Below are positions 55,184-63,009 of a DNA stretch of 64,000 nucleotides, in pieces. The DNA is taken from NCBI GenBank assembly GCA_964385825.1, contig CAYLPX010000003.1, positions 37,559-101,558 on the forward strand, read 5' to 3'. Source of the stretch: an uncultured Candidatus Saccharibacteria bacterium (GTDB lineage Bacteria > Patescibacteriota > Minisyncoccia > Phycocordibacterales > JAKFXT01). The notes below the pieces were generated by a model that worked only from the letters and a program-made list of their open reading frames with translations, did no database searches and was not told the origin of the DNA. The translations under genes were made by a program, and so were the position numbers. How positions within the stretch are numbered: position 1 is the first letter of the stretch; each line of letters begins with the position of its first letter.

Positions 55184-56605
55184 TCACTCTTCATCTTCCA
55201 AAATAGTATATTGATCTACCTCCTCACGAGTACGTCTCACGTACACCACAGCCCCTGAAACCACTCCACAAAAAGCCAATACTCCCATGAGCCAAACCCA
55301 TGTTTTAGACTGATCTTTTTTGGTCTCTTTATCTTTGGGCACTACCTCTTGTGACTCCAGTGCATTTACTACAGTTGCTACATTACTTGAAGAAATAGTT
55401 TTACTTTTAGCTTGTATTTTTGCTAAAGCATTAGAAGTATTCGCTACGGATGCTTGTATTCCTATAGTTCTACTCGGCACAGGAAGGCCACTCGCATAAA
55501 AAAGAGTAGGTGTCATGTTTCCTAAAAACTGACTAACACTGTTGGCAATTTTTATAGTCTTATTTGCCCCAATGAGCGTTCCACTCGGGACTAAGAACTT
55601 TGTATCGCCCGCTTCTAATTGGAAGCGTGAAATATCAAGTTCATTTGTTCCATTATTTTTTATCTCAGTATACCCCTCTTTCCCAGGTATAAACTGTGAA
55701 ATGCTAAGTGTAGGATCTACTACTTTTATGAGTACCCTATCCCCCTGCGAATATTCGCCCGATGTCACGTCAAGGGTAACAATATACTCTCCCAGAAAAT
55801 GATACGTGTGAGCTACCTGCCTTCCCTCCCTAACTTCCCCATCACCAAAATTCCAAACAAAATGGGCATTTGGCAACGGTTCTTTATTAACCCCAAGTGC
55901 GCTGCCCACAAAAACAGTCTCGCTCCCTAAAAGAGTGGACCTATCCTTGCCTGCATCAGGAAAAATTTGTTGTTCGGTTTTATAGTGGCTAGCAACAACT
56001 TCACCACTTCCCCCGCCTAAAGAAGTTGAGTTATTGCTTGAGGTACTGGTAGTATCAGTAGAAGTTGTAGTAGTACTCGCAGGCGGAGTTATACCGGGAC
56101 CTGAAGTATTCATGGCTCCAGGAGTTGGGTTCCCACTTTTAAAACCGCCCCCATTTCTATTCAAACTCATACCATCCCCCGCGCCACCCGTATCACTACT
56201 ATATGAAACTGTATCCATATCAGCATCTCCACTACGAAGTACCAATGTCTCGCCAGTATTTGAAAGCGAAAAAGAACTATCAAAAATAGTTCCGCTAAAC
56301 CCAGGATTATCTGCTAGAAACTTAGACGGGGTATCGGCTACCACCGCATAACTATTCGCAGGGACTACCGCAGAACCCTGGCTTACTTCGAGCTTATGAT
56401 TAGTTTCTGCCTCACGCAGTGTCCACTTAGACATATCTACCGCCTCTCCTCCATCATTGTAAAGCTCTATCCACTCTCTGCCGGTGTCAGTCCCCGGAAG
56501 ATCGTACATGATTTCATTAATCAAAACACTCGCTCCGGCAAACTTGAAAAACAAAAAATAACAAAGAAAAATAGAGAATACGCGTATACCCTTAATTAGT
56601 TTCAT
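55184..56605 (-). CDS. Surface protein with lamin-tail domain (LTD) and PKD domain, N-terminal signal peptide and C-terminal TM anchor
   Basis: LTD signature VLINEIMYDLPGTDTGREWIELYN. PKD-like FVWNFGDGEVREGRQVAHTYHFLGEYIVTLDVTSG. Ser/Thr-rich linker. C-terminal TM WVWLMGVLAFCGVVSGAVVYV. Start set at Met 56605, which gives a canonical signal peptide; the ORF-track start is 56653. Confidence 0.6.
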   Translation of the reverse strand: MKLIKGIRVFSIFLCYFLFFKFAGASVLINEIMYDLPGTDTGREWIELYNDGGEAVDMSKWTLREAETNHKLEVSQGSAVVPANSYAVVADTPSKFLADNPGFSGTIFDSSFSLSNTGETLVLRSGDADMDTVSYSSDTGGAGDGMSLNRNGGGFKSGNPTPGAMNTSGPGITPPASTTTTSTDTTSTSSNNSTSLGGGSGEVVASHYKTEQQIFPDAGKDRSTLLGSETVFVGSALGVNKEPLPNAHFVWNFGDGEVREGRQVAHTYHFLGEYIVTLDVTSGEYSQGDRVLIKVVDPTLSISQFIPGKEGYTEIKNNGTNELDISRFQLEAGDTKFLVPSGTLIGANKTIKIANSVSQFLGNMTPTLFYASGLPVPSRTIGIQASVANTSNALAKIQAKSKTISSSNVATVVNALESQEVVPKDKETKKDQSKTWVWLMGVLAFCGVVSGAVVYVRRTREEVDQYTILEDEE

Positions 56606-58487
56606 CATGCTCAACATGAAGCATAGCGCGAAGTTTATCTTCAGGAATTTCATTCACCACTCTTCCTACTTCTTCTTTAGAAGTAGTTAAGTTTTCCCTA
56701 ACTGGTTCTTTAGTTTCTTCTCCACTCTCCCCATCATCCATAACTATTTCTTCCTTTTTCTTAAGTGACGCCAGAACTGCAGCGAGAGCTTGCTTATTAG
56801 CGGTATTAGTATTCTGTCGGCGAGAACCTTCTTCCCTCCGCCCTTCCACAGGGGGCCGATCTCTTTTCACCTCTTCTTTTTTTTCTGCCCTGGGTACTGA
56901 TACTTGAGGCACAGCTTCCGGCGCCTTATGCGTCTGTGTTTCTTTAACCACAGGCTTCTCCTCTTGGTGTTCTTCGGGAATAGTGGCCCCTACAACACTT
57001 GCCAACGTTTGACGAAGCCCTTCAAGATGAAGATGTGAGCCAACTTCCTTTATTTTTTCCTCAACCACATGACTTAAGGTTTCGTGGTTTTCCTTTTTTG
57101 GTCCTGCTTTTCTATCCTCTCTTCGTGGATGCTCGCGCCCCTCCTGTTGTCGCTCCTCAAATTTATTCTCCTTCTTCTCTCCCTTTGGCGGTACGCTTGT
57201 ACTTAATGTCTGCTTTACAATATCCTCCTCCACGACGCTACGCTTTTCACCAAACTGCTCTTGTGAAGTGCGAATTACTTCTTCTTTATATGAAATAACT
57301 GGCTTTGCAACTGGGGGCATAGTAACAGCAGAAAAAGGTTGCGAGCCCACTCCATCAATCATGAGCTTGAGGTATATTTGCGCGAATCCAAGATTCACAA
57401 AGTCTTCTGCGATAAATGTGGGCATGAATTCTTTCTCGAAAATCTCTGCATCGAATGGTCCCACCCGAAATACAATCATGGTCCCCACGTTACCAAAAAT
57501 AGCTGCTCGTACCTCCTCTGACATTTGTTCAATGTATTGATGCGCCACTGTGAGGTTTAATTTGTACTTACGAGCTTCTGAAAGAATGTCAGCAAAACTC
57601 TCATTAGCAAAAGACTGGAACTCATCTACATAGAGATAAAAATTAGGAAGTCGTGCCATCCGTGATTCTGGTACATCAGCGCGACTCATAGCTGCTAGAT
57701 AAATCTTAGTAATGAGCATGCTTCCCAAAAGGTTGGCATTGCTCTCTCCTACACGACCTTTAGAAAGATTGATGATCAGAATTTTTTTCTCGTCCATCAT
57801 CCTTCGAAGATCAAAAGAAGATTGTGGCTGGCCAATAATATTACGAATGAGAGGATTACTGGTGAACTGCCCCACCTTGTTTTGAATAGCCGGTGTCGCT
57901 TCTGCGGCAAATCGATCGGTGTACTTTGCAAACTCATCTACCCAAAAAGACTTCACTGTCGGATCAGTTATATTATCCACCACTTTTTTACGGAAATCCT
58001 TGTCAGAGAGCATCTTGTTAATAGCAAGAAATGTAGCTCCTGGATACTCAAGTAGAGCAAGGAGTGTATTGGAGAGAATGTACTCCATACGAGCACTCCA
58101 AGCATCCACCCAGATTTTCTTAAAGGCGCTCATAAGCCCCGATACCACTAAATGTCGCTTATCTATACCAACATCTTCCATCACATTGAAAGCAATCGGG
58201 TACTCCATATCAAAAGGAGCAAAGTAGAGTACGTCCTTGATGCGGTGCTCTGGTACGTAATCAAGTAGGAGTTCTGCTGTCTTGCCGTGTGGATCTATAA
58301 AAGCCAGCCCCTCACCATTCTGAATATCTTGAATGGCCATGTTTTCAAGAAGTGTAGACTTCCCCATCCCCGTCTTACCAATAACATACGTATGACGAGT
58401 TCTGTCTTTCGCTTTAATACCAAAAGGTACTCGACGATTGCGAGCGTCTGTAGTTGCAAAATAGGTTATGCGATTTTCATCAGGCAT
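56592..58487 (-). CDS. TraG/TraD/VirD4-family (type IV secretion coupling-protein-like) soluble P-loop ATPase with long charged C-terminal tail
   Basis: Walker A GKTGMGKST and IDPHGK (cf. TrwB/TraD ..DPKG..). Walker B YLYVDEFQ. About 250-aa E/K/R-rich low-complexity C-terminus. Start set at ATG 58487 (MPDENRITYF...); the longer ORF-track extension runs into GC island 2. Confidence 0.5.
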   Translation of the reverse strand: MPDENRITYFATTDARNRRVPFGIKAKDRTRHTYVIGKTGMGKSTLLENMAIQDIQNGEGLAFIDPHGKTAELLLDYVPEHRIKDVLYFAPFDMEYPIAFNVMEDVGIDKRHLVVSGLMSAFKKIWVDAWSARMEYILSNTLLALLEYPGATFLAINKMLSDKDFRKKVVDNITDPTVKSFWVDEFAKYTDRFAAEATPAIQNKVGQFTSNPLIRNIIGQPQSSFDLRRMMDEKKILIINLSKGRVGESNANLLGSMLITKIYLAAMSRADVPESRMARLPNFYLYVDEFQSFANESFADILSEARKYKLNLTVAHQYIEQMSEEVRAAIFGNVGTMIVFRVGPFDAEIFEKEFMPTFIAEDFVNLGFAQIYLKLMIDGVGSQPFSAVTMPPVAKPVISYKEEVIRTSQEQFGEKRSVVEEDIVKQTLSTSVPPKGEKKENKFEERQQEGREHPRREDRKAGPKKENHETLSHVVEEKIKEVGSHLHLEGLRQTLASVVGATIPEEHQEEKPVVKETQTHKAPEAVPQVSVPRAEKKEEVKRDRPPVEGRREEGSRRQNTNTANKQALAAVLASLKKKEEIVMDDGESGEETKEPVRENLTTSKEEVGRVVNEIPEDKLRAMLHVEHDETN

Positions 58488-58550
58488 GAAAAAAAGAAAT
58501 GAACGTAAGTACCTAAAGTATAGTCTAATTTGAAGTAGTTGTCTCCAAAT

Positions 58551-58576
58551 GAAAAGCCCGCAGCCGAAGCTGCGGG
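58551..58576 (-). terminator. Rho-independent terminator of the island-2 ORF
   Basis: cccgcagccgaagctgcggg (8-bp perfect stem, cgaa loop) preceded on the plus strand by gaaaag (T-run on the minus strand), 18 nt after the ORF stop. Confidence 0.55.
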
Positions 58577-58594
58577 TTCCGAAACACCAAGGCC

Positions 58595-58819
58595 CTACTG
58601 CGGCCGCATGGGAACGTACGCGCCGTTCCTGAAACACCCCTTCGTGAAATTCGTCACCGGCATTGCGCGGAGCTCCGCCTCGGCAATGCCAGCCGTCGTC
58701 GGATTACCGCTGAACCGCCGCCTTGCCCGGCGCAGCGCCACCTTCTTCTTGTGGAGCGTAGCGCCATTCACCGGCCGCCGGTTTTGCTTTCCGTCGTTTC
58801 CAGGTTGCTTCAAGGGCAT
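58595..58819 (-). CDS. Small GC-rich ORF P2 (74 aa, basic, unknown function) with strong SD
   Basis: MPLKQPGNDGKQNRRPVNGATLHKKKVALRRARRRFSGNPTTAGIAEAELRAMPV... Upstream is CCTCTAGGAGACTTACATG, the same GGAGA-N6-ATG geometry as P1. Confidence 0.4.
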   Translation of the reverse strand: MPLKQPGNDGKQNRRPVNGATLHKKKVALRRARRRFSGNPTTAGIAEAELRAMPVTNFTKGCFRNGAYVPMRPQ

Positions 58820-58901
58820 GTAAGTCTCCTAGAGGAACAATGCAAAACCCCCATGGTTTCGCATCGCGATATGGTAGCAGAAGACCTACACCTACACAAG
58901 T

Positions 58902-59171
58902 CTACAGCTCTTCTTTTTGGGTAACCAAAGGCTCTGTAACTCCTTCGCCTGGAGTCTCCACATGAGTTACTCCGCCAACTACCTTTTTCATTTTTTTACC
59001 ACCAACACTAGTTGTCTTCCTTTTTCCATGCCTTTCTCTGTAGCTAATGTACGCAATTATTACCCCAAAAATGATATAGAAAGGATTTTTCCAGGCATTA
59101 GGGATAGAAACAAAGGGGGTGGCTAACACCACAATACCTATGGCCAATATAAAAACGAGATTCTTGCTCAT
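58902..59171 (-). CDS. Small membrane protein (89 aa)
   Basis: Two TM helices, then a basic/Gly-rich tail. Confidence 0.4.
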   Translation of the reverse strand: MSKNLVFILAIGIVVLATPFVSIPNAWKNPFYIIFGVIIAYISYRERHGKRKTTSVGGKKMKKVVGGVTHVETPGEGVTEPLVTQKEEL

Positions 59172-59271
59172 AAACCTAGTATAAAATAATTAATCATTTT
59201 TTCCAATCTTACTATTACCCACCGTATAATTGTGTATTATTCAACCTGTACGATACAATTATTACATATAT

Positions 59272-59871
59272 ATGTTTCCTCTCTTTAGACCCTTTAGAAA
59301 AAAGACCTCAGAACGTGGCTTTACTTTAGTGGAACTCATGGTTGTAGTAATGATTGTAGCTATTATTGCAAAAATAGTACTTTCGTCAGTCAACCAAAGC
59401 CGAGCTATAACACGCGATAAAATAAGAAAAGATGCCTTAGTCCAACTTAAAATGGCACTAGAGGCTTACTTTGACGCTAATGGCTCATACCCAAGTACCG
59501 GTGATACCTATAATGCGAGCACCAATACATGGACACTTACGTGGTACACCTCAGAACCAGGATTCCCCAACCTTTCAAATGGCCCAGGTAATAATGGAAT
59601 TTGGATTCCCGGGTTAGCCCCTACGTATATATCTGCGCTCCCCCGTGACCCCGATAGTTCGAAAGTGGGACCAGGTGTTTGTACATCACTTACCAACCCA
59701 AAAGCTAGTTACCTGTACACTTCAGATGGACGTCATTACTCAGTTGGCTCAATCTGTTCTGGTGAAACTGGTTTTAGAATCACTGATCAATTCGCTATCG
59801 ATACGCCAACCATTCATCGCTGGCAATACATGTGGACCATCTGTAATGATCGAATTTCCTGCGCTTGGTAA
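59272..59871 (+). CDS. Type IV pilin / pseudopilin-like protein (prepilin N-terminal methylation motif)
   Basis: GFTLVELMVVVMIVAIIA: a class III signal peptide with Gly at -1, Phe at +1 and the conserved Glu at +5. Start set at ATG 59272. A TATAAT hexamer lies at 59225-59230. Confidence 0.65.
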   Translation: MFPLFRPFRKKTSERGFTLVELMVVVMIVAIIAKIVLSSVNQSRAITRDKIRKDALVQLKMALEAYFDANGSYPSTGDTYNASTNTWTLTWYTSEPGFPNLSNGPGNNGIWIPGLAPTYISALPRDPDSSKVGPGVCTSLTNPKASYLYTSDGRHYSVGSICSGETGFRITDQFAIDTPTIHRWQYMWTICNDRISCAW

Positions 59872-59872
59872 T

Positions 59873-60550
59873 TTATTGGAGTCCCTCAACCATTACCACA
59901 AACTCCCCTTTTTGTTTTATTTCATTATCCTTGAAATAGGTAAAAACTTCTTCAGCACTTCCACTAACTATTTCCTCAAACATTTTTGTGAGCTCTTTAG
60001 CCACTACTACTTTTCGAGTAGGCTCTACTGCTTCCTCTAATTTTTCTAATGTTTTTATGAGACGATGCGTTGATTCATAAAAAGCAACCGTTCTCCCTGA
60101 TATTGCTATTTCTTTAAACAATGTTTCTCTCCCTTTCTTATGTGGTAAAAATCCCAAAAAAAGAAATTGATCTGCCGGAATGCCCGAAATAGATAGTGCA
60201 CTGATAAGCGCTGAAGGTCCGGGGATAACTACCACTTCAATACCGGCCTCGCGAGCTGCCGCCACAAAACGAAATCCTGGATCAGAAATCGCAGGAGTCC
60301 CCGCATCAGTCACCAGGGCGATACTTTCATATTCATCAAATAGCCCAGTAATCTCTTCGCTTAATTCTCCCTCTTTGTGCGCATCCAATCTTTTGGTTTT
60401 TGTTTTGATTTCATAGCGATCTAACAACTTCTTCGTCACTCGTGTGTCTTCGCAGAGTATAAGATTTACCTCCTTAAGCACACGAAATGCCCGAAGAGTA
60501 ATATCCTCCATATTCCCTATAGGGGTCCCAATTACATAAAGTCTTAACAT
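59873..60550 (-). CDS. rsmI: 16S rRNA (cytidine1402-2'-O)-methyltransferase
   Basis: Tetrapyrrole-methylase fold with the RsmI N-terminus (YVIGTPIGNMEDITLRA...LCEDTR). Confidence 0.85.
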   Translation of the reverse strand: MLRLYVIGTPIGNMEDITLRAFRVLKEVNLILCEDTRVTKKLLDRYEIKTKTKRLDAHKEGELSEEITGLFDEYESIALVTDAGTPAISDPGFRFVAAAREAGIEVVVIPGPSALISALSISGIPADQFLFLGFLPHKKGRETLFKEIAISGRTVAFYESTHRLIKTLEKLEEAVEPTRKVVVAKELTKMFEEIVSGSAEEVFTYFKDNEIKQKGEFVVMVEGLQ

Positions 60551-60555
60551 CCCCG

Positions 60556-60583
60556 AACTCTATACAAATAAAACAGCGGGGGC
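60556..60583 (-). terminator. Rho-independent terminator of P3a
   Basis: gcgggggcaagcccccgc (7-bp G/C stem) with a T-run on the minus strand (plus-strand aaataaaaca), 13 nt after the stop. Confidence 0.5.
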
Positions 60584-60595
60584 AAGCCCCCGCAC

Positions 60596-60859
60596 CTATG
60601 GAGTAGCATCGAGCTCCGCCCTCATTCCGGACGATAACCCCCCACTCCCACCGCCGTTCATGAGCCTCCCCCAATCCATAGCAAAACCATGAGCTACGAA
60701 CTTATTGCCATGTGTTTGATCAAAAAACTTTCGAACAACAGTGTAGAGGGGCGAAGAACAATCAAGAAGCGCGTAGCCAGACCCGCGTTCGTCATCGCAG
60801 ATCCGCACTAAGTTATAGGGAGACTCCGGTCCCCATGAGATTCCTGGAGCATTTTTCAT
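60596..60859 (-). CDS. Small GC-rich ORF P3a (87 aa, Gly-rich C-terminus, unknown function)
   Basis: MKNAPGISWGPESPYNLVRICDDERGSGYALLDCSS...GGGSGGLSSG. A G-rich SD-like stretch (AGGGGAACAGCATG) precedes the start. Confidence 0.35.
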   Translation of the reverse strand: MKNAPGISWGPESPYNLVRICDDERGSGYALLDCSSPLYTVVRKFFDQTHGNKFVAHGFAMDWGRLMNGGGSGGLSSGMRAELDATP

Positions 60860-60968
60860 TGCTGTTCCCCTGCAAAATTATCTTTTTAAAAATTAGCACA
60901 TGAAAACATAATTGACCACAAGAAGGAGTGCCCAGTATAGTATGAATCCAGTTCTTTTGGAGATTGCA

Positions 60969-61196
60969 ATGGAAGAATCCATCCTCGCCGACAGGGTAAC
61001 CCCCTTTCAGCGAAAAGTGGCAAACCTCGCCGAACTCACCGTGTTTTTTGGTGGAGCCAAGGTTTGGACAGCGTGGGAGCCAATCCTTGAGGGCCTTGCG
61101 CTTTCACATGGCGTCGATCAAGAAGAAGCCTCGGCCTGTTTCTTCCTAGCGGTCGCAAGCTTCAGCGAAAACGGCCTCCCCGACGAAGCCCTCTAG
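60969..61196 (+). CDS. Small GC-rich ORF P3b (75 aa from MEESIL..., unknown function)
   Basis: Start chosen at ATG 60969 because it is preceded by GGAGATTGCAATG, the same GGAGA-N5-ATG geometry as P1 and P2. The ORF-track start is 60912 and an alternative ATG lies at 60942. Confidence 0.35.
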   Translation: MEESILADRVTPFQRKVANLAELTVFFGGAKVWTAWEPILEGLALSHGVDQEEASACFFLAVASFSENGLPDEAL

Positions 61197-61215
61197 GGCT
61201 TCTGCCGCCCAACCT

Positions 61216-61247
61216 GCGCCCGAGAAACTCGGGCGCTTATTACTTTA
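61216..61247 (+). terminator. Rho-independent terminator of P3b (abuts the murC stop)
   Basis: gcgcccgagaaactcgggcgc (9-bp perfect stem) followed by ttattacttta. Confidence 0.5.
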
Positions 61248-62538
61248 TGAGACTCTCCCCTACCTTATATATATCCCCTGCGCCCATAGTGATAATGACC
61301 ACATTACTATCAGCATTTTTTGTTTTGAGGCGCTCTACGATTTCTTCTAAACTATCAAAGCTTTTAGCAGTAGTTTTTTGGGCTATTTCCTCCACCAACA
61401 TTTCTGAAGTAATACTCTCATCCTTTAATTCTCTCGCTGCATAGATAGGAGCAAGAAGAACAATATCAGCCATACTTAAGGCTTCTATAAAATCCTGCTT
61501 TAAAAGCTTAGTGCGCGAATACAGATGCGGTTGGAACACTACAACAAGTTCCTTACCCACAAACTTCTCACGTGCTGCTTGCAATGTTGCCGCTATTTCT
61601 GTTGGATGATGCGCATAGTCGTCATATATAAGAGCACCGCCTTCTGTTTCTCCTTTGTACTCAAACCGTCGCCAGGTGCCAGAAAAATTCTGCAGGGACT
61701 CTTCGGCTGTTTGTTTCTTGATACCGAGTACTTCCCCTACCGCAAGCACCGCTCCGGCATTACTACGATTATGAGCACCAGGCACTTTAAGCTCCATTTC
61801 ATTTTGTATATAGGACGTGTAATCAATTACTTTGCATTTTGCCTCTGCTACTACTTCACTCAAATTTGGAGCCATAGGATTACAAATGAGAAAACCATCT
61901 TCCGGAATCTTCGCCACCAATTCACCAAAAGCACTTTGGATATCAGAAATATCTTTGTAGTAATCTAAATGATCTCCGTCAATGTTAAGTATGACTAGAA
62001 TTTTCGGAGTGAAGTTAAGAAAATGGCGCATATACTCATCGGCCTCAACTACAAAGTATTTACTCTTGCCGGCTCTAAAGTTACTTTTAGTTTTAGCTCG
62101 AATAGAACCAACTACCACCGTTGGATCAAACTCTGCATCTTCTAGTACATCGGCAAGCATGGCTGTTGTAGTTGTTTTTCCATGCGCACCCGAAACTGCA
62201 ATGAGGTAATGCTCGCTAGCTACTTTTCCAAGTGCCTCAAAATATGAAAGTGCTGGAACCCCTAATTCCTTCGCCCGTACTCGTTCCACATTATGTTCTT
62301 TAACTGAATCGCTATAGACAATAAGATCTGCGTCGCTCGGTACATTAACTGCAACTTGGCCAATAAGAACCTCAACCCCTCTTCCCCTTAGCATTTCTAC
62401 AGTTTTTGACTCAGCAGAATCAGACCCACTAATTACTTTCCCTTGTTCTAAAAAAAGTTGAGCGAGTGCAGACATCCCCACCCCCCCAATACCAATGAAA
62501 TATATTTTATTTATTTTTTGAAAGTCTGTATTGGTCAT
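61240..62538 (-). CDS. murC: UDP-N-acetylmuramate--L-alanine ligase
   Basis: IYFIGIGGVGMSALA N-terminal Rossmann motif and the GKTTTT P-loop of Mur ligases. 432 aa. Confidence 0.9.
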   Translation of the reverse strand: MTNTDFQKINKIYFIGIGGVGMSALAQLFLEQGKVISGSDSAESKTVEMLRGRGVEVLIGQVAVNVPSDADLIVYSDSVKEHNVERVRAKELGVPALSYFEALGKVASEHYLIAVSGAHGKTTTTAMLADVLEDAEFDPTVVVGSIRAKTKSNFRAGKSKYFVVEADEYMRHFLNFTPKILVILNIDGDHLDYYKDISDIQSAFGELVAKIPEDGFLICNPMAPNLSEVVAEAKCKVIDYTSYIQNEMELKVPGAHNRSNAGAVLAVGEVLGIKKQTAEESLQNFSGTWRRFEYKGETEGGALIYDDYAHHPTEIAATLQAAREKFVGKELVVVFQPHLYSRTKLLKQDFIEALSMADIVLLAPIYAARELKDESITSEMLVEEIAQKTTAKSFDSLEEIVERLKTKNADSNVVIITMGAGDIYKVGESLIK

Positions 62539-62992
62539 ATTGATTTAGTATCTTATCTACACTTGGTACTCTATCCGACGGTAATTCATCTCTTTCAAAC
62601 CAATTGGCTTCCATTATTTCTCCATTATCTATTTTAAAGTAAGGGGAATCAACTTTAGCATAATAAACCTCAACAGTGTCCTGTTTGTAATATATTGCTT
62701 GGCTATATGTATAGAAAAAATCAGCGTCAAAAACTTTTACTCCAGCCTCCTCGTAAGCTTCCCTTATTGCTGCCTGCTTAAACGTCTCCCCCCTATCTAC
62801 CCCACCACCAGGAATGGTCCAACACTTATGGCCATAGGAAATTCTAATTAATAAGAATTTATTCCCATACTGGATTAAACATTTTGCCCCTTTAGTTTCT
62901 GGCCGAAAAATAAACCAATAACAAATCCTAATCGGATTAGCAATTCTATAGAACCATTTTTTTGATATATTTTTTAGATTCCAATCTCGCAT
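62507..62992 (-). CDS. NUDIX hydrolase
   Basis: Nudix box GGGVDRGETFKQAAIREAYEEAG. Overlaps the murC start by about 30 nt. Confidence 0.7.
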   Translation of the reverse strand: MRDWNLKNISKKWFYRIANPIRICYWFIFRPETKGAKCLIQYGNKFLLIRISYGHKCWTIPGGGVDRGETFKQAAIREAYEEAGVKVFDADFFYTYSQAIYYKQDTVEVYYAKVDSPYFKIDNGEIMEANWFERDELPSDRVPSVDKILNQYDQYRLSKNK

Positions 62993-63009
62993 ATTCTATA
63001 GACTATCAA

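Larger units (their letters stand above)
58540..58870. other. G+C-rich compositional island 2 (putative horizontally acquired mini-cassette)
   Basis: About 320 bp, G+C-rich. Minus-strand 74-aa ORF with SD and hairpin terminator. Confidence 0.6.
60555..61247. other. G+C-rich compositional island 3 carrying a divergent pair of small ORFs, each with its own GC hairpin terminator
   Basis: G+C visibly elevated versus flanks. Two ORFs are transcribed away from an approximately 110-bp AT-rich spacer (60860-60968). Confidence 0.55.

Noticed and set aside
58488-58637. N-terminal 50-aa extension of the VirD4/TraG-like ATPase ORF
   Set aside because: The extension is G+C-rich, belongs to GC island 2, and overlaps the island's terminator hairpin. 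The conserved ATPase begins at the internal ATG (58487).
53975-61247. GC-rich islands as structured ncRNAs (tmRNA, RNase P RNA, SRP RNA, 6S RNA, group I/II intron fragments)
   Set aside because: I could find none of the hallmark motifs: no tRNA-like acceptor/T-arm or ...ALAA tag reading frame for tmRNA, no P4/GGAAAGUCCGG-type RNase P elements, no SRP domain IV motif. Each island instead shows clean SD-ORF-terminator architecture. A covariance-model scan (Infernal/Rfam) would be the decisive test.
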